Origin: a candidate division WOR-3 bacterium
GTDB taxonomy: Bacteria; Hydrothermota; Tepidihabitantia; SM23-42; JAOAFX01
Reading direction: 5' to 3'
DNA length: 29,175 nt
Assembly (NCBI GenBank): GCA_037444665.1
Contig: JBBILZ010000034.1
Coordinates: 1 to 29,175 of the forward strand
The position numbers and the translations under genes are program-made. The notes under the pieces were generated by a model. It was not told the DNA's origin and did no database searches. It saw only the letters and a program-made list of their open reading frames with translations. Numbering within the stretch: position 1 is the first letter of the stretch; each line of letters starts with the position of its first letter. Positions 16,319 through 25,576 of the stretch are shown here, piece by piece.

Positions 16319-18246
16319 ACCTTAAAAAGATTTTCAGTATGTTATTTATAATATTAGCAGCGCTTTCATCTGCCCAAAAACAAGACCAGAACACAGCAGA
16401 AAAACTTTTGAATATTGCTGCAAAAGAGTTGAAGAAAAGTATATCAGATTTGAAAATTGAAAAAGAAGACTTAGAATTTTATGGAGCCGGGAAGTTTCGC
16501 ACAAAATTATTTGACCGATTGTTCTCTGCCCCGGCGAACATTGACCCATTTATCAGAACAATATCCAGCATCATTTTGAATAATGCAGATTCATTATGGG
16601 CAACGACTTATTTTTCCTGGGCGAGGATTGATGAGGGCGTGCGCCGCGGTCTTATTCAGAGACCAGAAAAGATTGTAATGGATAATCTACCAAAACCATC
16701 CGAAATTAAAAGAGAATTATGTGTTCTATTAAACCAATTTTTTAATGCCGAAACCCCTGATACTTCACTCATCTCTGAAACAATCTGCACAGGGCTTTTT
16801 ATTATCCTTTCAGAAATAAAGAATAGTGTAGAATGGATAGACAGTGGTAATCTGGGTCTGGAACAGAATAAATTAGATAAACTCATTAATGGACTTATTG
16901 AATCTGAAGAAAAAGGACTCTCCAATTATGACTTTGAAAAGATGATTGAACAAACAAATTTTAAGGCACTTGCAGCAGGTGCAATGGATTTGGCATATAT
17001 ACTTGGAATTGTAACTGATTTGATGAGGGATATAGCTTTAAACAAGACTATTATCATTGACACACGATACGGTAGAATTGTTCTCGGTTCTGATAGTAAT
17101 GATACTTATGAGCCACTCCCCTATCTTTTGATAATTGATACAGGAGGAAATGATACATACCAGGGAGGTGGTGCAGCAGATAATAAACATCCTGTTTCAA
17201 TTCTTATTGATTATCATGGTGATGATAGATATATTAGCGATATTGGTTGTGGCACTGGCATTGCTGGCTATGGTTTTGTCATTGATTGTGAAGGAAATGA
17301 TAAATATTTTGCGACCAAATTTGGTATTGGTACTGGAATAATGGGACAGGGCACAATCCTTGACCTTGCTGGTGATGATGAATATAACACAGATAGTTAC
17401 GGCATTGGTGCAGGTATTTGCGGCACAGGAGTGGTTTCTGACATATCAGGCAATGATACATATACTGGATTTCAATCTTGTCAGGGCTTCGGGTATGTCA
17501 AAGGGTGTGGTCTGTTAATTGATAAGAATGGAAATGATACATATATTGCACGGGATGATACAGTAAAGTATCCCTCTGCCCAGACGGATGAACACAACAC
17601 AAGTCTTGCTCAGGGCGCTGGCTTTGGCATAAGGGCAGATTTTACTGATGGACATTCACTCGCTGGTGGTGTGGGATTTTTAATTGATGGTGCTGGCAAT
17701 GATAAATATTCCTGCGGTGTTTTTGGTCAGGGTTGTGGATACTGGTTTGGAACAGGTATCCTGATGGACTATCAGGGAAATGACGAATACAATGGTGTCT
17801 GGTATGTCCAGGGTGCAGGTGCACATTTTGCCCTTGGAATATTAATTGATTCTACAGGCGATGACAGATACATTGCTACAAAGAATATGGCACAGGGTGC
17901 TGGACATGATTTTACGCTCGGCTTTTTCCTTGATTATCAGGGTAATGACTTCCATGATGTTCCAAATTTGAGCCTTGGCGCAGGCAATGCCAATGGTATG
18001 GGTTTGTTCCTTGATGTCTATGGTGATGATAATTATATCACACATAATGGTATTACACTGGGCAGGGCAAATACTGATTCACGGCGCAGTCTGCGCGACT
18101 ATATGAAGACTATCGGTATCTTTATTGATGGCGCTGGAAATGACAGATATTCAGAACCCATTGGTGCAAATAAAAGAATCTGGAGACAATTACCTCTTTT
18201 AGAACCACCACTCATTACTGAATGGTGTCTGGGAGTAGACCTTTAA
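16315..18246 (+). CDS. Exported uncharacterised protein with tandem D-x-x-G-x-D-x-Y glycine-rich repeats
   Basis: Signal peptide MNLKKIFSMLFIILAALSSA; about 12 repeats such as IDTGGNDTY, IDYHGDDRY, LDLAGDDEY, IDGAGNDKY; ATGA overlap with the HAD gene. Confidence 0.85.
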   Translation: MNLKKIFSMLFIILAALSSAQKQDQNTAEKLLNIAAKELKKSISDLKIEKEDLEFYGAGKFRTKLFDRLFSAPANIDPFIRTISSIILNNADSLWATTYFSWARIDEGVRRGLIQRPEKIVMDNLPKPSEIKRELCVLLNQFFNAETPDTSLISETICTGLFIILSEIKNSVEWIDSGNLGLEQNKLDKLINGLIESEEKGLSNYDFEKMIEQTNFKALAAGAMDLAYILGIVTDLMRDIALNKTIIIDTRYGRIVLGSDSNDTYEPLPYLLIIDTGGNDTYQGGGAADNKHPVSILIDYHGDDRYISDIGCGTGIAGYGFVIDCEGNDKYFATKFGIGTGIMGQGTILDLAGDDEYNTDSYGIGAGICGTGVVSDISGNDTYTGFQSCQGFGYVKGCGLLIDKNGNDTYIARDDTVKYPSAQTDEHNTSLAQGAGFGIRADFTDGHSLAGGVGFLIDGAGNDKYSCGVFGQGCGYWFGTGILMDYQGNDEYNGVWYVQGAGAHFALGILIDSTGDDRYIATKNMAQGAGHDFTLGFFLDYQGNDFHDVPNLSLGAGNANGMGLFLDVYGDDNYITHNGITLGRANTDSRRSLRDYMKTIGIFIDGAGNDRYSEPIGANKRIWRQLPLLEPPLITEWCLGVDL

Positions 18247-18442
18247 AAAGATTCGTTTTTCGTTATACGGTTACGAAACCCGTTTCGTCAATCGTCAAAC
18301 GGTTATAGTCTATGTAAACAAATAACCTCAACCGAAACAGGCATTATTGCCATAGGCTCTTAACCATTTTCTTTTAGACCACGCCTTATAACCATACTGG
18401 TTGCTATGCCTTACAACCTTAGACCTGTTTTTAAACAATCCC
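18244..18442 (+). repeat. Dispersed ~190-bp intergenic repeat, copy A
   Basis: 26-bp identity (18402-18427) to the reverse complement of 27356-27381; 21-bp identity (18285-18305) to the reverse complement of 27685-27705. Confidence 0.85.
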
Positions 18443-18451
18443 TTTGCACTC

Positions 18452-18480
18452 TTGACTTTATTATAATTTTGTGTTATATT
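18452..18480 (+). promoter_or_regulatory. proS promoter, probably leaderless
   Basis: TTGACT, 17 bp, extended -10 TGtTATATT; ATG 18488 lies 7 nt downstream with no SD. Confidence 0.65.
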
Positions 18481-18487
18481 AATAGTT

Positions 18488-20206
18488 ATGATATTATCAA
18501 AGGCACTGATTGAAACTTTAAGAGAAGAACCAAAGGATGCTGAACTGAAAAGTCACAGGATTCTTTTGCGCGGTGGTTTTATCAAACAGCACGCCTCTGG
18601 CGTCCATATTTATCTACCTCTGGGCTGGCGTATATTATTAAAGATTGCCAATATTATTCGTGAGGAGATGGACCGCATTGGTTCTCAGGAATTGTTGATG
18701 CCTGCCATCTCTCCAAAGGAAATATGGGAAGAGTCGGGACGATGGAATGATTTTGGTGATGATATGTTCAGACTGAAAGACCGTAAAGGAAGGGATTATT
18801 GCCTCTGCCCCACGCATGAAGAAGTCATCACCGAGATCGCCCGCAACAGTATCAGGTCCTATCGTGACCTGCCACAGATATGGTATCAAATTCAGACAAA
18901 GTTTCGTGATGAACCAAGACCCAGGGCAGGTGTAATCCGTTCCCGACAATTTATTATGAAAGATTCTTATAGTCTTGATATTGATGAGGCCGGACTGGAT
19001 AAAAGTTTTAATCTTCACAAAGATGCATATTCAAGGATATTTAAAAGATGTGGTCTAAATTTTATTATTGTTGATGCATCGGGCGGTTTAATGGGAACTG
19101 GAGAATCAAAAGAATTTATGGCAATCGTAAAAGATGGCGAAGATACAATTGTTGTGTGTCCAAAATGTGCATATCGTGCAAACCTCGCTATTGCTGAAGG
19201 GTCTGGTGAACATATCTCTTTTTCACCATCGGCATTAGAAAAGGTCGCAACGCCCAACAGAAGAACTGTAGAAGAGGTCAGCCAATTTCTTAACCTTACT
19301 CCAGCAAATCTCATTAAAAATATGTTCCTTACTGCGCCAGACAAAGAACCTGTTCTCATCCTTGTGCGTGGAGACTATGAAATAAACACGGAACGTTTAG
19401 CAAGGATTATTGGCCCTGATTATCAACCTGCCAGTGCCGACGATATTCAAAGATATTTTGGTGCAGAGCCAGGTTTTATTGGACCCGTTGGGATATCAAA
19501 TATCAAGATCCTCGCTGATGACCTATTAAAGAATACAAAAGGAATGGTTACGGGTGCGAACGAAAATGATTTTCATATTAAGGGGGTGGATATTAATCGT
19601 GATATAAAAGTAAAAAAATTTTATAATCTCCGGCAGATAAAAGTTGGTGACCACTGCATAAAATGCGGAACAGTTCTGGAAATACACAATGCCCTTGAGC
19701 TAGGCCATATTTTCAAATTAGGAACAAAATATTCAGCAAGTATGGGAGCATACTATCTTGATGCCCAGGGTAAAGAAAAACCGATTGTAATGGGCAGTTA
19801 TGGCATCGGGCTTGAAAGGATTATGGCATGTGCCTGTGAACAACTAAGTGATGAAAAAGGCGCAGTCTGGCCTATGTCCATTGCGCCGTTTGATATCTAT
19901 GTATTGGTGCTCAATCCCCAAGAACAAGAGGTCCAGAAGAATTGTGTAGAAATAACTGGGGACCTGAACAGTGCTGGTTTTTCAATGATTATTGATGACC
20001 GCGATATTTCTGCCGGGGTCAAATTCAATGATGCTGACCTTATTGGCATCCCCTTAAGATTGACCATTGGACCAAAAGGCATCCAGAATGACCGCTTTGA
20101 CATCTATGTGAGGCAGACTGGAGAAAAAATTGAATGTAGTAAGAAAACTATCATAGAAACCTGTCTAAAATTAAAAAATAGATTACTAGAAGGTTTAAAT
20201 GCTTAA
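18488..20206 (+). CDS. proS: Proline--tRNA ligase (bacterial type with INS editing domain)
   Basis: LCPTHEE, FRDEPRPR, MKDSYS, GFIGP...GANE, ELGHIFKLGTKYS, MGSYGIG, GVKFNDADLIG. Confidence 0.98.
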   Translation: MILSKALIETLREEPKDAELKSHRILLRGGFIKQHASGVHIYLPLGWRILLKIANIIREEMDRIGSQELLMPAISPKEIWEESGRWNDFGDDMFRLKDRKGRDYCLCPTHEEVITEIARNSIRSYRDLPQIWYQIQTKFRDEPRPRAGVIRSRQFIMKDSYSLDIDEAGLDKSFNLHKDAYSRIFKRCGLNFIIVDASGGLMGTGESKEFMAIVKDGEDTIVVCPKCAYRANLAIAEGSGEHISFSPSALEKVATPNRRTVEEVSQFLNLTPANLIKNMFLTAPDKEPVLILVRGDYEINTERLARIIGPDYQPASADDIQRYFGAEPGFIGPVGISNIKILADDLLKNTKGMVTGANENDFHIKGVDINRDIKVKKFYNLRQIKVGDHCIKCGTVLEIHNALELGHIFKLGTKYSASMGAYYLDAQGKEKPIVMGSYGIGLERIMACACEQLSDEKGAVWPMSIAPFDIYVLVLNPQEQEVQKNCVEITGDLNSAGFSMIIDDRDISAGVKFNDADLIGIPLRLTIGPKGIQNDRFDIYVRQTGEKIECSKKTIIETCLKLKNRLLEGLNA

Positions 20207-20657
20207 AATTGATCTATCAAAGATTGAAATACTGGTAAAAAATATTATTGAGCCTATGAATTTTAGATTTTATGATATTCAATTTAATGAGGTCTCAAGA
20301 ACTTTAAAGATTTTTATTGACCATGAGCAGACACCCGTTACAATCAAGGATTGTGAAAAGGTAAGCAATGCCATTTCTGCAGAACTGGACAGAGAAAATT
20401 TGATAGATTTTCATTATACGCTGGAGGTATCATCACCAGGAATTGAAAGGCATCTTAAAAGACCAGAACATTTTCAATGGGCAAGAGGTAAACAGGCAGA
20501 GATTGTGTTAAAAGACAAGAGAATAAGAGGGTATATTCGGGATGCAGATGAGAATTCAGTAACAATCGCCCAGGATTCTGGTGAAACTGTTATAAAATTA
20601 CCAACAATTATCAAAGCAAAAATTATTGAGGAGTTAAACTATGATAAACGGAGATAA
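20199..20657 (+). CDS. rimP: Ribosome maturation factor RimP
   Basis: LKIFID...VTIKDCEKVS, YTLEVSSPGIER; position before nusA. Confidence 0.95.
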   Translation: MLKIDLSKIEILVKNIIEPMNFRFYDIQFNEVSRTLKIFIDHEQTPVTIKDCEKVSNAISAELDRENLIDFHYTLEVSSPGIERHLKRPEHFQWARGKQAEIVLKDKRIRGYIRDADENSVTIAQDSGETVIKLPTIIKAKIIEELNYDKRR

Positions 20658-21918
20658 TGTAATTATTGAGAATATTAAAAGCATCGTTCGTAGCCGGGGA
20701 GTAAAATTTGATTATGTAATTGATTCCCTTGCGGAAGCGATAAAGAGTGGTGTAAAAAGAAAATACGGTAAGGGAATTGAATCAGAGGTTACAGTCAATA
20801 AATCCACCGGCGAAATAAAGATCTTTATTGTAAAAAAGGTGGTTGAAACAGTCACTGACCCGGAAAAAGAAATCTCTTTGCAGGAAGCACAACAAACTAA
20901 AGAATGCAACATCGGCGATAATTTCAGAATTCCGATATCCATTAAAGAGATGGGCAGAACCGCAATTGAATCGGTTAAACAAGCATTGATCCAGCGCATA
21001 AGCGAAGCTGAACGGAATCGGATTATGGGCGAATATGAAAAGAAGATTGGTGAAATTGTAAAAGGCATTGTAAAGGTGGTTGGTCGTAATGAAGTGCTGG
21101 TAGATTTGGGACCGATTGAAGCAAGTATTCCGAGTTATGGAATGATGAGGACCGAACATTATAGACTTGATTCTCCAATTCGGGCAGTGGTTGCAAAGGT
21201 AGAACGGGCACAATGGGGACCGAAGATTATACTTTCAAGAACCGACCCAAAATTTTTAGAAAGATTATTATTTTATGAAATTCCTGAAATAAAGGATGGC
21301 ATTATTCAGATAATAAAGATTGTGCGCGAACCTGGTGTCAGGGCAAAAGTAGCAGTCCAGACAATTGACCCCAAGATTGACCCAATAGGTGCTTGTGTTG
21401 GTTACCGCGGAAGCCGCATTCAATCAATTGTTAAAGAATTATCTGGAGAAAAGATTGATGTGATTCAGTGGAGTAAAGATATTAATCTTCAAGTATCGCG
21501 CAGTCTTTCACCAGCAAAGGTCAAAGAAGTAAAACAACTTGAAGAAGGTGTGGTGCTGGCAATTGTTCCAGATGAAGATTATTCAAAGGCGATAGGAAAA
21601 AATGGTGTAAATGTAGACCTTGCTTCAAAATTGACCGGCGTGCATATTGAAATCAAAAAAATATCTGAATATGAAAAGGAATTGGAAGAAAAGAAATTGA
21701 TGGAAATAAAGATTGAAGATGTCGCTGGACTGAGTAAAAGTTTGAAAAAGATGCTGATTGATAAGGGTTATACAAATGTTTTGAGTGTATTAAAAGCAAC
21801 TCCTGAGGAACTCAAAACTCTGCTTTCGCTGGATGATGAAGGAATTAACGAGTTAATAGCAAAGTTAAAACCAAAAGAAGAGAAAAAGGAGAAAGAGGAT
21901 GCCCCGCAAGGTTCATGA
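20641..21918 (+). CDS. nusA: Transcription factor NusA
   Basis: S1 and KH domains: ILSRT, EIPEI, REPG.RAK, DPIGACVG.RGSRI, AIGKNG.NV.LA. Confidence 0.97.
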   Translation: MINGDNVIIENIKSIVRSRGVKFDYVIDSLAEAIKSGVKRKYGKGIESEVTVNKSTGEIKIFIVKKVVETVTDPEKEISLQEAQQTKECNIGDNFRIPISIKEMGRTAIESVKQALIQRISEAERNRIMGEYEKKIGEIVKGIVKVVGRNEVLVDLGPIEASIPSYGMMRTEHYRLDSPIRAVVAKVERAQWGPKIILSRTDPKFLERLLFYEIPEIKDGIIQIIKIVREPGVRAKVAVQTIDPKIDPIGACVGYRGSRIQSIVKELSGEKIDVIQWSKDINLQVSRSLSPAKVKEVKQLEEGVVLAIVPDEDYSKAIGKNGVNVDLASKLTGVHIEIKKISEYEKELEEKKLMEIKIEDVAGLSKSLKKMLIDKGYTNVLSVLKATPEELKTLLSLDDEGINELIAKLKPKEEKKEKEDAPQGS

Positions 21919-23992
21919 CCTGGCAAAGAGTTTAGGACTTTCCAGTGATGCCTTAATAAAAATGCTTGAGCAAATAGGGATTAAGGCAAAGGGGCATATG
22001 TCTATGCTAACCGATGAAGAGATAGCGAAGATAAAGGCAAAGATTGCCGAAGAGAAAAGGCGGGTCAAAAAAGAATTTACAAGATTTAAGGGTCCCACCC
22101 ACATCAAAGAAAAAGCAAAGAAAATTAATGAAGAAGAGGTGCGGCAAACTGTAAAAGCCACCCTGGCAAAGATTGAAAAAGGTACAACAAAAAAACATTA
22201 TAAAAAAGAAGAAACGGTGAAAGTTCCAGAAATCAAAGAAGAAAAAATCGTGGAAGTCGTTGATTTTATGACGGTTGCTGAATTCGCACAGGCACTGGAT
22301 GTTCCCCCAAGTGAAGTAATTAAAAAATGTCTCAGTTTGGGGGTTATGGCAAGTTTAAATCAAAGGCTTGACCTTGATACGATTGCGGTTCTGTGCGATG
22401 AATTCAATTATAAAATGAAGGTTGTGACGATTGAAGACCAGATTGAGCAAAAAAAGGAGAAGGCAGCCGAAGTAATAAAAAGACCACCCGTAGTAACGGT
22501 AATGGGTCATGTTGACCATGGTAAAACAACCCTACTTGATGCCATCACAAAACTTCGTGTGGCAGAAACTGAATTCGGTAAAATTACCCAGAAAATGGCA
22601 GCATATCAAATTTCATATAATGATAAGTTAATCACTTTTCTTGATACTCCTGGTCATAAAGATTTTACTACAATGCGGGCGCGGGGTGCTCAGGTTACTG
22701 ACATTGTGGTTCTTGTTGTAGCAGCAGATGAAGGGGTAATGCCTCAAACTATTGAGGCAATTGACCATGCACGGGCAGCAAATGTGCCAATAATCGTTGC
22801 CATCAATAAAATTGATGTCCCACGGGCAAATGTAAATCTCGTAAAGTCCCAACTTGCCAAGGCAAATGTCATCGTTGAAGAGTTTGGAGGAAAATCAATC
22901 TGCGTGGAAACATCCGCATTGAAAAATATTGGTATCAATGACCTGCTTGATGCAATACTGGTGAAGGCAGAAGAATTAAACCTTGTCGCACCCATAAATA
23001 CCAATGCAAAAGGTGTGGTTCTGGAGGCAAGGCTTGAACACGGTCGGGGTAATGTCTGCACGGTCTTAGTTCAGGAAGGTATTCTGCGCCGTGGCGATGC
23101 CTTTGTTTGCGGTTCACAGGCTGGCAGAGTGCGTGAGATTTTGAATGAGAATATGAAGAGGGTTGAACAGGCAACCCCTTCTGCACCGGTGCTCGTTCTC
23201 GGTTTTGATGGTTTGCCTCAGACCGGTGAAATTTTTATGGTAGTTGATGATGAACGACAGGCAAGAGAGATTGCTTACCAGCGTGAACTGATGGAAAGAA
23301 GTCGTAAGATGAAATCAAAGACTGCAAAAGTTACGCTTTTTGATTTACAGGAAAAAATAAAATCTGGTGAAATCAAAGAATTGAAAATAATTCTCAAGGC
23401 AGACACTGCCGGTTCGCTTGAAGTGCTGGACGAAAAGCTCCAAGAATTAAAAATAGAAGAAACACAGATTAATATTATCCATAAAGGCGTGGGCAAGATA
23501 AATGCCTCGGATGTCCTGCTTGCACAGGTAACCAATTCAATCTGCGTGGGATTCCATGTAGGTCCTGATACTGAGGCGCTGGAAGCAGCAGAAAAAGAGG
23601 GGGTAGAAATTCGCACCTACCGATTAATATACGAGGCTCTTGATGATCTACGTTCAGCAATGGTCGGTCTACTTGAACCGAGAATGCAGGAAATTCTTAT
23701 CGGTGAAGGCGAGGTCAGGGAGATCTTCAACATCCCAAAGGTCGGAATGATTGCAGGTTGTTACATAAAAGACGGTAAGGTCATTCGTAATGCAGTCGTC
23801 TCAATATTGAGGGAGAAAAAGGAAATTGCCAGAACCAAAATTTTATCTCTGAAGAGATTTAAAGAGGATGTGCGGGAGGTTGCCGCAGGCTATGAATGTG
23901 GTATCGGCTTTGAAAATGTACCAGATTTACAAAAAGGTGATACCCTCCAGTTTTATAAAATAGAAGAGGAAACCAATAAAGAAGGCGAATAA
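21899..23992 (+). CDS. infB: Translation initiation factor IF-2
   Basis: RPPVVTVMGHVDHGKTTLLD, DTPGH, NKID, SLKRFKEDV.EV..G.ECG. Confidence 0.98.
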   Translation: MPRKVHDLAKSLGLSSDALIKMLEQIGIKAKGHMSMLTDEEIAKIKAKIAEEKRRVKKEFTRFKGPTHIKEKAKKINEEEVRQTVKATLAKIEKGTTKKHYKKEETVKVPEIKEEKIVEVVDFMTVAEFAQALDVPPSEVIKKCLSLGVMASLNQRLDLDTIAVLCDEFNYKMKVVTIEDQIEQKKEKAAEVIKRPPVVTVMGHVDHGKTTLLDAITKLRVAETEFGKITQKMAAYQISYNDKLITFLDTPGHKDFTTMRARGAQVTDIVVLVVAADEGVMPQTIEAIDHARAANVPIIVAINKIDVPRANVNLVKSQLAKANVIVEEFGGKSICVETSALKNIGINDLLDAILVKAEELNLVAPINTNAKGVVLEARLEHGRGNVCTVLVQEGILRRGDAFVCGSQAGRVREILNENMKRVEQATPSAPVLVLGFDGLPQTGEIFMVVDDERQAREIAYQRELMERSRKMKSKTAKVTLFDLQEKIKSGEIKELKIILKADTAGSLEVLDEKLQELKIEETQINIIHKGVGKINASDVLLAQVTNSICVGFHVGPDTEALEAAEKEGVEIRTYRLIYEALDDLRSAMVGLLEPRMQEILIGEGEVREIFNIPKVGMIAGCYIKDGKVIRNAVVSILREKKEIARTKILSLKRFKEDVREVAAGYECGIGFENVPDLQKGDTLQFYKIEEETNKEGE

Positions 23993-23997
23993 AATTA

Positions 23998-24309
23998 ATG
24001 TGCAGTACAGTAGCAAAAAATGGAAAATTTTTTGTTGGGATATGTGATATTGACCTGCATTTTGAACATTGCCAATCTTTGAAAGACCGCAGGAGAATTT
24101 TATTGAGCATGAAAGAAAAACTAAAGAACCGATTTAATATTGCGATTTGTGAGTTTGGCGATTCATCTCTGTGGCAGAGGTCACAGGTTGCCATCGTAAC
24201 CTGTAGTAATACCCGTAATATTGTAGAATCCACGCTGAGAGAGGTTATAGAATTTATATCAAATTTCCCATCGGTAATTTTGTTGAATAGCAATGCCACA
24301 ATTATATAA
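23998..24309 (+). CDS. DUF503 / YlxP family protein
   Basis: SLKDRRR....KEKLKNRFNIAI.E.......QRS pattern; conserved position between infB and rbfA. Confidence 0.85.
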   Translation: MCSTVAKNGKFFVGICDIDLHFEHCQSLKDRRRILLSMKEKLKNRFNIAICEFGDSSLWQRSQVAIVTCSNTRNIVESTLREVIEFISNFPSVILLNSNATII

Positions 24310-24312
24310 AAA

Positions 24313-24648
24313 ATGAGAAGTGAACGCGTTGCATCATTAATTGCACGGGAAGTCTCTCTGATAATAAGTCAGGAGATAAGAGACCCGAGATTGGGTATGG
24401 TAACAATTACAAAGGTTGTCATCTCGCCAGATTTAAAAGAAGCAAAAATATATTTTACCTCACTGGGCAATGCTACAAATGACCTTAGTGTCCTGGATGG
24501 TGCAAAAAGTTATATCCGCACCACACTTGCCCACCGTATAAGAATAAAATTTATCCCTGACCTGAAATTTATAATAGATGAGAGCTCAAAATATGGAGAA
24601 AAAATTGACCGACTTATTGAAGAAATTAATAAAGACCGTAAAGACTAA
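24313..24648 (+). CDS. rbfA: Ribosome-binding factor A
   Basis: R.ERVA..I, IRDPRL, V.ISPDL..AKIY, PDLKF..D.S. Confidence 0.95.
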   Translation: MRSERVASLIAREVSLIISQEIRDPRLGMVTITKVVISPDLKEAKIYFTSLGNATNDLSVLDGAKSYIRTTLAHRIRIKFIPDLKFIIDESSKYGEKIDRLIEEINKDRKD

Positions 24649-25576
24649 AAAAAATATTCTTGTTGGCACCCATATTGACCCAGATTGTGACGGTATATGC
24701 TCTGCCCTTGTTATGGCAAAATTTGTTAATTTACACACAAAAAATAGACCATCATTATTCTGCTTCTCCCCCATTCCTGAAAAATATAGATTTTTATTAG
24801 GAGATTACAAATTCACAAAGGTCGCTGGAGAATTTGACCTGCTGATTGCAGTAGATTCTGCGGGTCTGGAAAGAATATTTCCGGAAAATAGATTTAATCT
24901 CAAAGAAATTTGTGAAGGTAAATATATAATCAATATTGACCATCACAAAACCAATAAACCATTCGGCAACATTGCAATAATAGATGAGAAGGCATCTTCA
25001 GCCTGTGAAATCATTTATAAAATTTTTAAATATTTTAATGTAAAAATTGATAAATCCATTGCCCGCATTATTTATGCAGGCATCTATAATGAGACTGGTG
25101 GATTTGCCTACCCCAATACAACTGTTGATGCGCTGCGCATCTGTGCGGATTTGATTACACTTGATATAAATCCTGCCGAACTCGTGAAAAAATTGAATGC
25201 GAAAACAATTGCCGGCACAAAACTTTTGAGCAGTGTGCTCCAGACAATCAGCATTAAAAATGGTATCGGCACAATGTATTTGAATAAACAGATGTTGAAA
25301 AATACTAATGCCCAGATGTCTGAGTCAGAAAATTTCATATCATTCTTACAGGCAATTGAAAATGTTCGCGTCTCGGCATTCTTCCGTGAAGAAAAAGATG
25401 AAATCAGGATAAGCCTGCGCAGTGATGGAATAATTGATGTCAATGCATTTGCGCAAAAATTTAAAGGAGGTGGACATAGACTTGCTGCGGGCATCAGGGT
25501 TAAAGGAAATTTATTCCAGGTCATTAAAAAAATTTCACGGGAATTGCACCAGGCAATCAAAGATGCACATTATTAA
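24593..25576 (+). CDS. nrnA: DHH/DHHA1 phosphoesterase (NrnA-like)
   Basis: HIDPDCDG, VD, NIDHH, SLRS, GGGH..AAG. Start uncertain (24578 or 24593); overlaps rbfA. Confidence 0.9.
   Translation: MEKKLTDLLKKLIKTVKTKKNILVGTHIDPDCDGICSALVMAKFVNLHTKNRPSLFCFSPIPEKYRFLLGDYKFTKVAGEFDLLIAVDSAGLERIFPENRFNLKEICEGKYIINIDHHKTNKPFGNIAIIDEKASSACEIIYKIFKYFNVKIDKSIARIIYAGIYNETGGFAYPNTTVDALRICADLITLDINPAELVKKLNAKTIAGTKLLSSVLQTISIKNGIGTMYLNKQMLKNTNAQMSESENFISFLQAIENVRVSAFFREEKDEIRISLRSDGIIDVNAFAQKFKGGGHRLAAGIRVKGNLFQVIKKISRELHQAIKDAHY

Noticed and set aside
18244..18442. Integron attC site, or T-box/riboswitch upstream of proS
   Set aside because: No clear RYYYAAC...GTTRRRY boundaries, integrase or T-box motif; it lies upstream of the predicted proS promoter and recurs at unrelated loci.
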